From Chrysomallon squamiferum (lineage: Eukaryota > Animalia > Mollusca): a stretch of DNA of 64,000 bases. Location of the stretch: contig CM022679.1 in NCBI GenBank assembly GCA_012295275.1, positions 4,898,001 to 4,962,000 on the forward strand, given 5' to 3'. A model generated the notes under the pieces. It was not told the DNA's origin, searched no databases, and saw only the letters and a list, made by a program, of their open reading frames with translations. This document shows, piece by piece, positions 10,833-24,621 of the stretch. Numbering within the stretch: position 1 is the stretch's first letter; each line of letters starts with the position of its first letter. The position numbers and the translations under genes were made by a program.

Positions 10833-11678
10833 CATTCTCTGTTTTGTCGTTCTTATATAGACAGAAAGCGGACGTAAAAGAAGTCACCTTCACGTTAGCA
10901 ATGGCGTCGACAACAAGGAGTTGTGTTTTTTTCTTTGAAACGTTTTCGCGTTAAAATCTTCTGTAACATTATCATTCTCTCATATGTGTATAAAAGTATT
11001 TTTGATGTGATTCCTTTTAAGAATACAATATAAATATATTTCTATAATCATGATAATGCCGAAACTTTCTTGATATTGTTCAAAGAAAGGTAAAATAATA
11101 CAGAATTTACAGGGGTTTTCTTTGTTTTTATTCTGTTTAATACAAACAGTTTACTTCTGACAGTGTTTTTAAGTTACTTAATTACAACTAAGTAATAAAG
11201 AATATAAAATGTGCAAAATTCAAAGCATGTATTCTTTTAAAAATATCAATTTATAATTAAAGTAAAACAAAAAGAAGAACAAAAGTAGCAGGTGTGTTTG
11301 TTAAAAATGTTCACGGTTTCGTAATCCTTGTAAATGCAGAGAATATAGCGTCTGACGTAATATCTATTTCGGGGGGGATTGCAGGGGATTAGGGGATGCG
11401 TTCCTTGAATAACCTCAGCCCATTACTAATAAATTATTATTATTATTATTATTTCTTATTATTTCTTATTATTGATTTATTTATTGTTGTTGTATTTATT
11501 TATTTCCTTGTTTATATACCTGTTTATTGTTTTATTTATATATGTAAAATTGTTTATTTATTTATTAAGAAATAATTAATTTATAGTAAAATAATTAAGC
11601 AAATAGTAATATATGAATGATGCTAATACTAATGTTACTACATTACCGCTATTACAACTGAAATAAGATGAACAGAAA

Positions 11679-11714
11679 CACTCATTCTGAAGACATGTCG
11701 CCCTAAAAAGGGCG
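11679..11714 (-). terminator. Variant histone-type stem-loop + purine-rich element (C2)
   Basis: CGCCCTTTTTAGGGCG-ACATGTCTTC-AGAATGAGTG. Confidence 0.7.
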
Positions 11715-11914
11715 TTTTCGTCTCCTTCCTGACATCTGACATCTTTAGAACTTGCGACAGGACGTTCTATTTGGTCTGTCTGGGTTTCCTCTTTATAGCG
11801 GTTTTCTTGCCAACACTCGTCTGCACTAGCTCCCTAGCAGGTATCAAGCTCGACAGATAACAGTCTGATGAACTTCCAGGACTGACAATTCGGCTTTCGT
11901 TGTCACAATAATTT
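11694..11914 (-). ncRNA. Unit C2: second copy of the type C RNA
   Basis: Near-identical to C1 (about five substitutions between TATA and stem-loop); TATAAA 11941-11936; stem-loop 11714-11699. Confidence 0.5.
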
Positions 11915-12316
11915 AATATGCCAAAAGTCGTGCACTTTATACCCTCGTACCGGACCTGAAAGAAGTGACACCTTTATTTACATTTTCAACATTGTTGTTT
12001 TGTACGTGCTACGGAGACATTTTTATCTCTAATTTTTTTTTCTGTCTTTTAATAACTTTTATTTTTTTACATATTTTCATTTTGTCAGATAATAAGTTTT
12101 GACAGTGTAATTCAGGACAATAGGGAACAAACTGTATTGGCTGTTGATAGAAATATATAAAAAATATCTCAGAGACGTTGTTACATAAATCAAGTCCATA
12201 GCTACCAGACGGAACTGAAATAAACCATTTACTGAGGATAGGTCATAGATGACTCATCAAAAAATAAATAATAATAATAATAAAAAATAAATAAATAAAT
12301 AAAAAATAAATAAATA

Positions 12317-12361
<45 letters not shown>

Positions 12362-12461
12362 GATAAAATTAAAATAAAATGAAAAAAAATAAAAAAAATG
12401 AAAAAAAGACACGCCTGAAGATGTTTTAATTTAAAACAACAGAAAACAATATCATGAAAGA

Positions 12462-12495
<34 letters not shown>

Positions 12496-13569
12496 ACTCT
12501 TCTAGATTTTCTTGACTATACCCAATCCATTACGAAACAAATATAAATAATTATAATTATACCAACAAGTGCATAATTTTATACAAAAAAAAATAAAAAA
12601 AAAAAATTAAAAACTCCTACTAAGTAAATCTGGTGGAGTCTTTTCCCATATTGCCTGAGAAAAAGAAAAGAAATTTGACCACAAAAACAAATAAAAGGAC
12701 ACAGAGCTACTAGCCATTTCGGACAGTTGAGACATCTGCACGTGGTTCTCTTCGCAGATTTACGTACACCACCAGTAACTAGCATTGTCGTTGAAGCAAC
12801 TGCGTTGACCATTCATTGTTTCGGGTAACCTAATATTCAAACCGAATGATGTTAAGTATTAGAAATATCCATGTCACCATTAAAGCCGGAATCACGACCT
12901 CTGCACGTGAACAATGCATTTTTTTTTTTTTTTTTTTTTTTACCCACTGACGAACAATTTGAATAGGAATCAATTTCGGAGATACGTTTTATTTTTTTTT
13001 TTTTTTTTTAAATCGTGACTGTGGACATGTAATTGCGTTGTTATGGCAGTAAATATTTTTGAAACGTCAGCGAACGAAAGCCTCTCCGAGTCAGATGCTT
13101 TGTGCCAGTAAACTGGTAGGTCGGTTCTTTGGGGGAAATCCGCGGTAAAAACTATTGACCGCGATGGTGTGTCCCCTCCCGTCACCCGCTTCCACCAGCT
13201 CCAGTAATAAATAAAAAGAATAAAATAAAATAAAATAAAATAAAATGAAATAAAATGAAATGAAACAACAACAACAATAACAACAATCCTTCACATTTAA
13301 TAAATGATAACATGCAGTATTGATGCAAAAAGTCTGCAACAACAATATGTATTGTTATAACCAGTGTCGGTATTTAATTATTTAATCGATTACCTGATCT
13401 GCGCGTTTGCGAAATAATAGTCTATACTTTCTAGCTGTCATATTTACAGAATCAAGTTAACTGGGTTTATTCTTTGCTTCAAGCACATTAAGTGAAAAAA
13501 AATAAAAAAATAAAAAAGATTAACTTGAGAACGTATCTTTTATATTCTTTTTTCTTTATTCAAATTTTC

Positions 13570-13605
<36 letters not shown>

Positions 13606-16058
13606 CATATGCGGAAATTTAGATTGATGATTACAAAATAAATATTTAAATAAATAAATAAATATAATAATAATAATAATAACATTAATAATAATAAATA
13701 TAATATAATAATAATAATTATATAGAAAATTAAAATAAATAAAAATAAATTAACAAATAAATGAACAAATAATTGTAAACAGCAACAACGACGACAACAA
13801 CAACAACAAAACTACAACAATAATAATAATAACAACGACAACAGTAGCAACACAAACACTACAGATATTAAACTAATACTTAGGTAATTATTTTCTTAAC
13901 AATCAAGGTAGCTGATTAAAGGAAGAATTATCAAAGCTGTCATATTCCTGTCATTAAATAATTTTTTTTATTTTTTTATTTATTTTTTTTTTTTTTTACT
14001 ATAGACGTCATATTTAATCGATAACAGTTAATGTTCTAGATGGGTTTTTTTTGTTGTTTTTTCTTTCTTTCTTTCTTTCTTTTATCATTACTTATATTTC
14101 CCTCTTTGTCCAAATTGCACCACATAACAATATTCTTATATTTCCTTTCCGTATGTCGTCATGCTTGTCTCTTTGTCTGTCTGTCTGGTTGCTTTTATGT
14201 ATGTATGCTTATGTCTCCGTATACAAGTATACCCATTATTATTTATAAGTGAATGCATGAATAAATTAAGTAAATAAGTAAAGAAGAAAGAAAGAAAGAA
14301 AAGAAAGAAAAGGAGATTCGAAATAGACTAACAAAACACAAAAGTAAACAGTTAAAGAATGGATGAATGAATGGATGGATGAAATGATGAATAAACGAAT
14401 GAATGAATGGATGAATGAACGAATGAACGAACGAATGAATGAACGGATGAATGAACGAATGAATGAACGAAAGAAATGATTAATATATGAATGAATGAAC
14501 GAATGGATGAATGAATGAACATGCGAATGAACGAATGAATGAAAGAAAGAATGGATTAATGAATAAATGAATGAATGGATGAATGAATGAAAAATGAACG
14601 GATGAATTAAAAAAAGAAAGAATGAATAAATGAACGTCGTAGTCAAGATACGATACAGGAATTGTGAAAAAAAAAAAAATTAATAAAATCGAAAAGCTGA
14701 ACACAAAAAGTAACGAATTTGAGCATTACAACATACGACTTTTAATTAATTAAAAGACAGAGTAAAAGCAAATATTTGACATTCTGTTAGTAGTTATCAA
14801 TAACTGATAAACGTTTATTGAAAATCTAAAAAAAAAAAAAAAAAAATCAATATCTACCGATAGCCTCAGGCCGTTACGGTTTCTTTGGCTTATAAAAATT
14901 TTGGTTAGTCCAGTTGTAGATCTCTTCATTTCTCTATAAATCAAACTGTCTATTTTATTTTATTTTATTTATTTATTTATTTAATTATTTATTTATTTTA
15001 TTATTATTTTTTGAATCAGATGGACGGAATGGGAACTTAGATCGAGTCGCCTGATCTTACATGATGTCAGCGCCTGTTAAAACACAAATAGTTGCAGCAG
15101 ACTCACCTTCAGTGACAGAACAAAACTCGAACATTCTAGAAGTACTGAAATGACCCTTCCTTATCGACAGAACGCAGACTATTTAACTACAAATTTGATG
15201 AGAGCAAAACGATGTCTGCTCGTCGTAACAATCGCGAAAATGCAGCGTCATCGAAATAGACAAAGGAGATTTTGAGAGAGAAGGGGAAATAGCTGTCTCT
15301 AACTTTACTGTTAGGAAAGATTGGTTCGCGATAACACTTAAAATATTTGCGTAGAATACACACACGCAAACAAACACTCACATATATGAATGCATTAGAT
15401 TATAATAGTTCATACTTTATTATTAACAAAGATGCTAAAAAAATAAACACATATACACACGTACACGTGAATATGTAGATGTATATTTGTACATATATGT
15501 ATGTATGTATGTATGTATATGTGTATGTGATGTGTGTGCGTGTATGTATGTGTGTGCATGTATGCATGTGTATTAATGTTTGTTATATATCAGTGTATGT
15601 ACAGCCATTATTTATTGTTAGGAAAATAGTGTGCAGTTTAAAACTAAAATACTCACCTGAAATATACAATTTACAATAACACTGACCTGTCAGAGAACAC
15701 AACAAATGTCAAAGATTTGTCGCAAAATCGACTGTATTTTTGTTACTGGCTTGTTATAAAGCAAACACATAAATAACACATCGGGTTTTGAAACACATAA
15801 ATGTTACATGTAACTTAATAAGCGAGTTAAACATCTGTTTTTATTTACTATTTTTTAACGTAATTATATTTACTATTTTTTAACGTAATTATATTACGTT
15901 GTATATTTTCAAGTAATTCTTGTTGGTTGTGATCTTATTATTATTAGTAGTAGCAGTATTAGTATATTAGAATTAGTATTTATGAAATGGTTTGATACAA
16001 GTATCTTTAGACATATTATTTATTTTTGGACTGTGCATTTTTTTTTTTTTTTTATCAG

Positions 16059-16216
16059 ATGACCAATCACGACTTCACAAATCACCGCTGACGAGACTCG
16101 AACGTATGACACCCATTCACCGCACTCCAGAGGCGGACAACGTTACCATTCGGCCATCAAGACAACCTTGTATGTACGTGTGTATGTATGTATGTATGTA
16201 TGTATGCATGTATGTA

Positions 16217-16247
<31 letters not shown>

Positions 16248-16746
16248 ATGTATGTATGTATGTATTAATGTGTGTATGTATGTATGTATGTAGGTATGTA
16301 TTAATGTTTGTTTGTATGTATATATGTATGTATGTATGTATGTATATGATGTATGTATGCATGTATGTATGTATGTATGTATGTATATGTATGTATGAAT
16401 GTATGTATGTATTTATGTATGTATGAATGTATGTATGTATGTATGTATGAATGTATGTATGCATGCATGTCTGTATGTATGTATGTATATGTATGTATGT
16501 ATGTATGTATATATATATATATGTATGTATGAATGTATGTATGTATGAATGTATGTATGTATGTATGTATGTGTGTATGTATGTAAGTATAATCTCATTG
16601 AAACGTGAAATGTTTTGATGATTTCATCTAAGCGCACTATAATCACTTTTATTTTATTTTATTTTTCTCTTTCTGTTTCCAGGTAGAAGATTACTGTGTA
16701 TTGTGCTGTGTATTGACTCGATGTGGTCCAGTGAGGATGGACACTG
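16059..16746 (+). other. Two candidate spliced exons (16059-16169; 16683 onward) of an unidentified transcript
   Basis: Polypyrimidine+CAG acceptors, GTATGT donor, 111-nt phase 1-1 exon; joined frame DQSRLHKSPLTRLERMTPIHRTPEADNVTIRPSRQPCRRLLCIVLCIDSMWSSEDGH*; no recognisable homology. Confidence 0.3.
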
Positions 16747-17439
16747 ACTGCTTTTTGTTGTTTGTTGTTTGCGAAGCAGAAACTAGGCTGCGTCTCTTGT
16801 CAACGAACGCGTTTTACAGAAACTGAAAGACTGACGCATTTTGACACACAGAGATCCATAAACACACACACAGTGCACACACACATTTACGTCATGTCTG
16901 TATTCAAATAGACATGTACATGCATTCATACATACATACATACATACATACATACATACATACATACATACATACATACATACATACATACGTTCATATA
17001 CGTAAATAAGCGTTGGGGGTACAAAGATAAAAGAGTTTTAGATTTCCAAGAAATTCTAATCTATTTTACAAGAATATTTCGTTAATTTCTAAGTAGTTGG
17101 TTTGTTTACTTTTGTCTGTATTTTGTTGGGTTTGTTTGTTTGTTTTTGTTATTGTTGTTGCTTTTTGTTGTTGCTTGTTGTTTGTTATTTATGGGGTTTT
17201 TTTGTTGTCTTATATATATATATATATATATTGGGGATTAATAAAGGGAAAATAAAAAATAGAACGAAAAACCAGCAACACGATAGAAGAAAAATTGAAA
17301 AAGATGAAAGAACAACAACAACAACAATAACAACAACAACAACAACAACAACAACAATAATAATAATAATAATGATAATAATGATGATGATGATAATAGT
17401 AATAATAATAATAATGATGATGATGATGATAATAATAAT

Positions 17440-18006
17440 AAATGAAAGAAAAACAAGTACAGAAATTGTTGTGTGGTGGCGTTGGCTTGTATTATAAAAC
17501 TTTGATTTCTTTATTTTATTTTCTGTGTGATGCGACTCACACCTGACTCAGTCTCCCGTAGCTACACTATTGGTCTAAGGTAAAAAATCAATTCAAGTGT
17601 AACAGTCACCTGACAATGTAGATGTGAATTAATTAATGCGTTTACGAGTAGTCTATTATTTTAGCGTGTTGAGCAGCGTTCGGAAGGAAAATAATGTTAG
17701 CAGTGTTGTGTCTCATTCCTACCCTTGTCTCTTTTTGTGAAGGTAGGTCATCTGTTTTATATGTAAAGTTTCAAGATTTTTAATTTTTAAAAAATATATA
17801 TATATATTTTTTTTTTTAGTTTAAGATATTGAAATTTTCAGTTTCTTGTATTGTCATTATACACTGATATCATCAACAACGAAATTTTGATTCTTGTAGC
17901 TTGTATTTTAAAGTTTTGTCATTTTTTTTTTTTTTTCTCTCGTTAAGATATTTTATAATTTCTTTTTATGGTTTTGTTCTTCTTCTTCCTCTTTTTCATA
18001 TTATTA

Positions 18007-18062
<56 letters not shown>

Positions 18063-18666
18063 AAAGAGTGTTGCTTGCCTTTACCTTTTTTCTTATCTGC
18101 CATTATTTAAGGGTTTTTTTCTATTTTTTTTTTTTTTTTTTTTTAAACGGTTATACCTTCTTCTTTTTATTCAACAACATTTACTTAAAACGTATTCTTT
18201 TTGTTATTTAAAAACAAACAAACCAAAAAAAAAACACAGTTAAAATACAGGGCTAATAGTCCCTATTATAATGCTATAGAAATTATTATAAAACTAAGTC
18301 GGATAACGCAGAAATAAATGTAGAAAAAAAAAAAAAAAAAAAAAAAACGCGAGACTGGTCTGTATTATGTTAATCTTATTTGATTTGCGACTCAGTTAAA
18401 ACACAATTCTAACATTTTACTTATTCGTCAAACTTGCTGAAAACATCATAATCAGATTCAAAAGAAACAATTTTCTGCCGTTTTGGACGTGATCGTTCTA
18501 AGCCGTTCATGAATACGTTTGTTTAAAAAAATATACAATTAATTTTCATGTTGTTGTTGGTTTTGTTTTCGATTTTTCATTTTCTTTATATATATATATA
18601 TATATTTATTTTATGTTGTTGTTGTTTTTGCCAGTTATTTTTTGTTTTACTGTGTTAATTATAGCA

Positions 18667-18697
<31 letters not shown>

Positions 18698-19122
18698 TTT
18701 GTTCAGAAGTCTTCATACAGTTTTAGCTTTGTTAAATATAACTTGCTGGTGTAACAGTGTGCTGTTCTGTCTGTATGATGGTGTATATAAAAGATCCTTT
18801 GATGCTTAGGGCACAGCTGATTTGTTTTATCTTTATAACAGGGACGTTTAGCAATATATCGAATAATAAATAAGAGGTAATAAATAAATAAATAAAATAT
18901 TTATTATTATTATTATTATTTTATTATTATTATTATTATTTTACACTTATCTTTACTATGTAGCATTGATACTTAACTGCCATAACGTTTTACGTTTAAT
19001 ATCCCGTTCCAAACAAAAACACGAATAGCACGTTCTCTGGTAGTTTTTTCTTTTTTTTTCTTATTAAAAACTTTCTTAATTACGTCTGAATAAATAGGCA
19101 TTATTAATAATAACGCTAACAA

Positions 19123-19169
<47 letters not shown>

Positions 19170-19330
19170 TGATGATGATGATGATGACGATGATGATGAT
19201 AATAATAAATGAAAGAAAAACAGGTACACAAATGATTGTGTGGTGGCGTTGGCTTGTATTATAAAACTTTGATTTCTTTATTTTATTTTCTGTGTCACAC
19301 CTGACTCAGTCTCCCGTAGCTACACTATTG
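17440..19330 (+). repeat. Direct duplication of ~130 bp (17440-17572 and ~19208-19330)
   Basis: AAATGAAAGAAAAACA...CACACCTGACTCAGTCTCCCGTAGCTACACTATTG twice, each preceded by (AAT)n(GAT)n. Confidence 0.85.
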
Positions 19331-19332
19331 AT

Positions 19333-19950
<618 letters not shown>

Positions 19951-20186
19951 TTGTTTTCAGTGACCTATCATCAATTAATACAATATTTGAAATCCCCATT
20001 TTATCACTTCAGAACTGAAATCCACGCAAGTCTTAATTTGTTTAATTATTATTTTATCTTTGTTTTGTATTTTAAAGGAAGATGGGGAAAACACTAAAAC
20101 TGTGAACATATGATTATCGATTATTGTTAACTATTTAATAAATTATTATTATTTTTGTTATTATTATTATTATTTTATTATTATTA

Positions 20187-20219
<33 letters not shown>

Positions 20220-20934
20220 GACTGATCTTGTTGATATTTATTTTATTTAATTCACACACACATATTGTTGTGTTTTATTTTGTTATTAGAGAAGGCTGGA
20301 TTACATGACATCGATACTTTGTTAAAAATCAATTTTACATTACCATACATCATCGCAGTGCCAGCTGATTAGTATTGATTAAAATTTAATGATAAATGAT
20401 GATGATTTAAAAAATATATATATATATATATATAATATAATATTTTTTTTATTTTTTTATTTTTTATTTTCTTATGTTATGTAAATTCAATTACAGCAGG
20501 GTAATATTTTGTGTAGCTATATCGTTTGTTCATTTTATTTTATTTTATTTTTATTTTTATTTATTTATGTTATTTATTTATATATATATATATAATAGGT
20601 AATACATATTTCATGAATACAACATTTAGTGAACACAGAATGTAATAAAAACATTCCCTAACAGTGACAAAATAAAATAAAAAATCTAATTTACGTCACA
20701 TGTGTGTGCACGCACGCCCAGAATCAAAAGTCTTCATCATTATAAACTGTCTTATTTATTGACTTTATCTTCAGTTGCGACAGGTTGTTAAACCATTTAC
20801 CACACACGTTTACATTAAAACAAGCTGTTACAACAACTCACTGCTACATAACAGTAATGTTGTCACATAAAGCAGAAACTGTCGAATATAAAAAAAAGTA
20901 TGTTTTTCGCAGACGTTATTTCAGCCATCCTTGT

Positions 20935-21602
20935 TCATTATTTTAGTACTAAATGCACACATTCTGTTCTCCTAGTCATTATTTCAGTCCCTTTGTACAT
21001 TTGTAGTCATTATTTCAGTCAGCCATGTACAGCTTATGTGCATCTATATGTTCTGTATTCGTAGTCAATATTTTTGTCACCCATGCACTCCGTCTGTACT
21101 AGTACTGACTATTTCAGTCACCCATATACAGGTTCTATACTTCTAATCTTTATTTCAGTTACCTGCGTACATCTTCTGTACCTTTGAGTAATTACGTCAA
21201 CCTTCTGAATGTCTAGTCAGTTCTGTTCCGATGTGCACTTGTCATCATTAGTATCTGCCTTCCATTGATACATACTGAACTGAACTTCATTTACACTGAT
21301 GCCTTAGTCTGCGGCGCATGAGGATACAATCATTCAACAATTTAATATAACTGTTAACAGTTATAACAACATGGCGGCTTTACGATAATGTGCATAATAA
21401 TAAAATATATACAGCATATCAGTATATCAGAAAATTTGAAGAAAAAAATCGTGATTAGATTACAGAAAATAGAAAGTTTTCTAAGCACACCGGTTTTTTT
21501 AGTGTTAAATAATTCATAAAACTTACGAATGCTTGGTTCACATTGACAGAAAAATGGTAGGTAACGGTTCCTTTGATTCTCAGAATATTTATATATATAT
21601 AT

Positions 21603-21660
<58 letters not shown>

Positions 21661-22320
21661 TGAAACTTATCTCGGATGTCAGTTATTACACAATGGACAT
21701 TATTCTATTTTCCAGTGGTGTTTTTTCCATCTTCCCATTTCAGTAGGAAGATTATGATTTGAAAGTCTAAACCGTAACAATAGGCATCAATTTATTGTCT
21801 CTGCAAGATTGAAATATGTCTCAAATGCGACATAAATTTTTCAAGTAATTTATAAATATGAAACTTTGGACGAATTATCAGTGACAGAGTACCAATGTCG
21901 TAAATACTCATCTATAAGCTTTGTGTTAATGTTATTCACACATAAACCTTCAGTAAATGAGTCGTTAACCAGACAGTCTCTGTACAATATGTATACGTTT
22001 AATTATGTTTGAATATCAGTATACGAAGTATAACCCAACACAGTCATTAGTTCAGTCACCTACGTAGAGCTTATGTACTTCTAGTCATTATTTCAGTCAC
22101 TCGTGTAAAACTGGTGTACTTCTAGTCATTATTTCAGTCACTCGTGTAAAACTGGTATACTTCTAGTCATTATTTCAGTCACTCGTGTAAAACTGGTATA
22201 CTTCTAGTCATTATTTCAGTCACTCGTGTAAAACTGGTATACTTCTAGTCATTATTTCAGTCTCTCGTAAAACTGGTATTTCTAGTCATTATTTCAGTCT
22301 CTCTCTGATGTACTTTTAGT
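20935..22320. repeat. 41-bp minisatellite: homogeneous array 22075-22300, degenerate copies ~20935-21250
   Basis: Unit TACTTCTAGTCATTATTTCAGTCACTCGTGTAAAACTGGTR; CTAG at 22081 and 22122. Confidence 0.9.
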
Positions 22321-22332
22321 GTTTACTTCAGT

Positions 22333-22399
<67 letters not shown>

Positions 22400-22730
22400 A
22401 TTAAAAGAGGGGTGTTATTATTCCTGGCAAACAACTTCAAATGGTATATTCTGTATTGCTGGTCACTGTACGGAATAAAAGAGAAAATCTATACGAATTA
22501 ATTATTTTCCTCTTTGAATCCTTAACTTATTGTTCTTTTTTGTATGCTAACTGGTCAGTCAACTGAAACCGTTTCTGAATAAACGTGTTATAAAAATTTA
22601 TGTTTGGGGAAATACTTTTTTTATAATAATATTATTATTGATATATTATTCAGGACTGTTCATTAATACCAAATCAATATATATATATATATCCATTTAC
22701 ATATACATGTCATACAAACATATATACATT

Positions 22731-22766
<36 letters not shown>

Positions 22767-24169
22767 AATACATATATACATTCATACATACATATATACA
22801 TATATATATATATAGTGTATATGTGTATATATATATATTAGAAAACTAAAAAAAATAAATATATATATATATGGTGTGTGTGTGTGTGTGTGGTTATATG
22901 TGTGTGTCTATGTATACAACTACACTATATGTGTATATGGGTAGGTTGGTATGTATGCGTGTATGCGTGCGTATGTTTGTGTATAGGTGCATATGTATGT
23001 ATTTTTGTTATTTACATACACCGTGCATGTATATATTTATATCTACGTACACTCTAAGTGTATGTATGTTTTCAATGGTTAATTCACCACACACACACAA
23101 CACAAAAAACAACAACAAGTATTTAAAACATTTATTTAGATGCTAAAACGCCATCCATCGTTTCCAGTGTAGTGTGTTGGCAGGCAGATGCAGTGGTTTG
23201 TCACCTTGATTGAAAGTCTGTTTTGGTTTCCAGTGATTCTGAGTTGCCTGGTGATACAAAAACTTTTGTCACAGGACGAAAACCACTTTTTGCCATACGT
23301 ATCAGCCAGAGAGAACTGAAACCAAGTGGATTATAATTAACCGCTAAACAGACTCAAAAACTCTTCTTCATCGACTTAAGCACGTAACTCAGACAGTGAT
23401 TTTTTTTTTTTTTTTTTTTTTGCTCTCTTTCTTTTCAAAATTCCCAACATCCGCTAGCATCTCCACAAACAAAATTGAATGCCTGCAGATCAGATTTGGA
23501 AATTGTTGTTCATTCAGTTGTGCTTTTCTTAAAACCCGTCAAATGTGAATTAGGAAAAGAGGTCTTCAGTCCTGGATGGATCAGATTGTTCGTTCCAACC
23601 AGTAGCTCGTCTACTTTTCACTGATTTTCATGTTTACTTCCTACGTATAACGTATAGTTAAACTTATAGTTATTCTCTATTACTCTTGCTTTCTTGTTCT
23701 TTCTTTTCTTTTCTTTTTAAATTTATAGTTTTGCTTAAGCGTAATAAATGTTAATAATAATTAAAAAAACCACCTAGTTAACTGAAACATATCACTGGAA
23801 TGGATGGATAATTAATTATTTAAAATAAAACTCTTATTTCTAATGCTTTCTTTTGTGTCTTCTGAAATGTATTCTTTTTACTGTATTCGATATATATCGT
23901 TTTTCAGTGGCATATGATGCATTCGCAAAGTGATCTTTATCTCTCTCTGCTTCTACCTCTTTATTTTGTATCCAGGAAGTGATAAAACAGTATCACTATA
24001 TATAATATATAAAATACAATATGTCTCTAATAATTTAAACGATATTATATCCATTGAAAACGATGTAATTGATACCGGTTCAATTACGACTTTTTTTTTT
24101 TTTTTAAAACAACAACTTTTTTTCCCTTTTATTCTTATATATTTATTTATTTATTTATTATTATTGTTG

Positions 24170-24213
<44 letters not shown>

Positions 24214-24587
24214 TATTCTAACCTTATTTTTATTTAGATATTACTAATGTTAATATGAATTTTTTATTATTAACTTTATTATATTCTGATTGTATTCTGT
24301 TCTTTTGTTCATTATTATTATTTTCACCAACTGTTATTGTTATTTCTACATTTATTCTTTACTATTATTTTAATTTTTTGTATTATTTTTGATTATAACT
24401 TTATCATGTTTACACAGAATTTTGTTATTGATTTTATTATTTCGGTCATACTTTTTAGTTTGTGTATAGTTACTGTTGTTAGCAACGTTTGTTGCTGTGG
24501 TTGTTGTTATATTCGCTGATATTAATTACACTGCTTAAATAATCAGCTTTATTCAGGGCGAGAACAATAACAGTACCTGTAATATCA

Positions 24588-24621
<34 letters not shown>

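Noticed and set aside
3131-11941. Canonical histone gene cluster or protamine genes
   Set aside because: The signals are histone-like, but no frame I traced yields H1, H2A, H2B, H3, H4 or an Arg/Lys-rich protein
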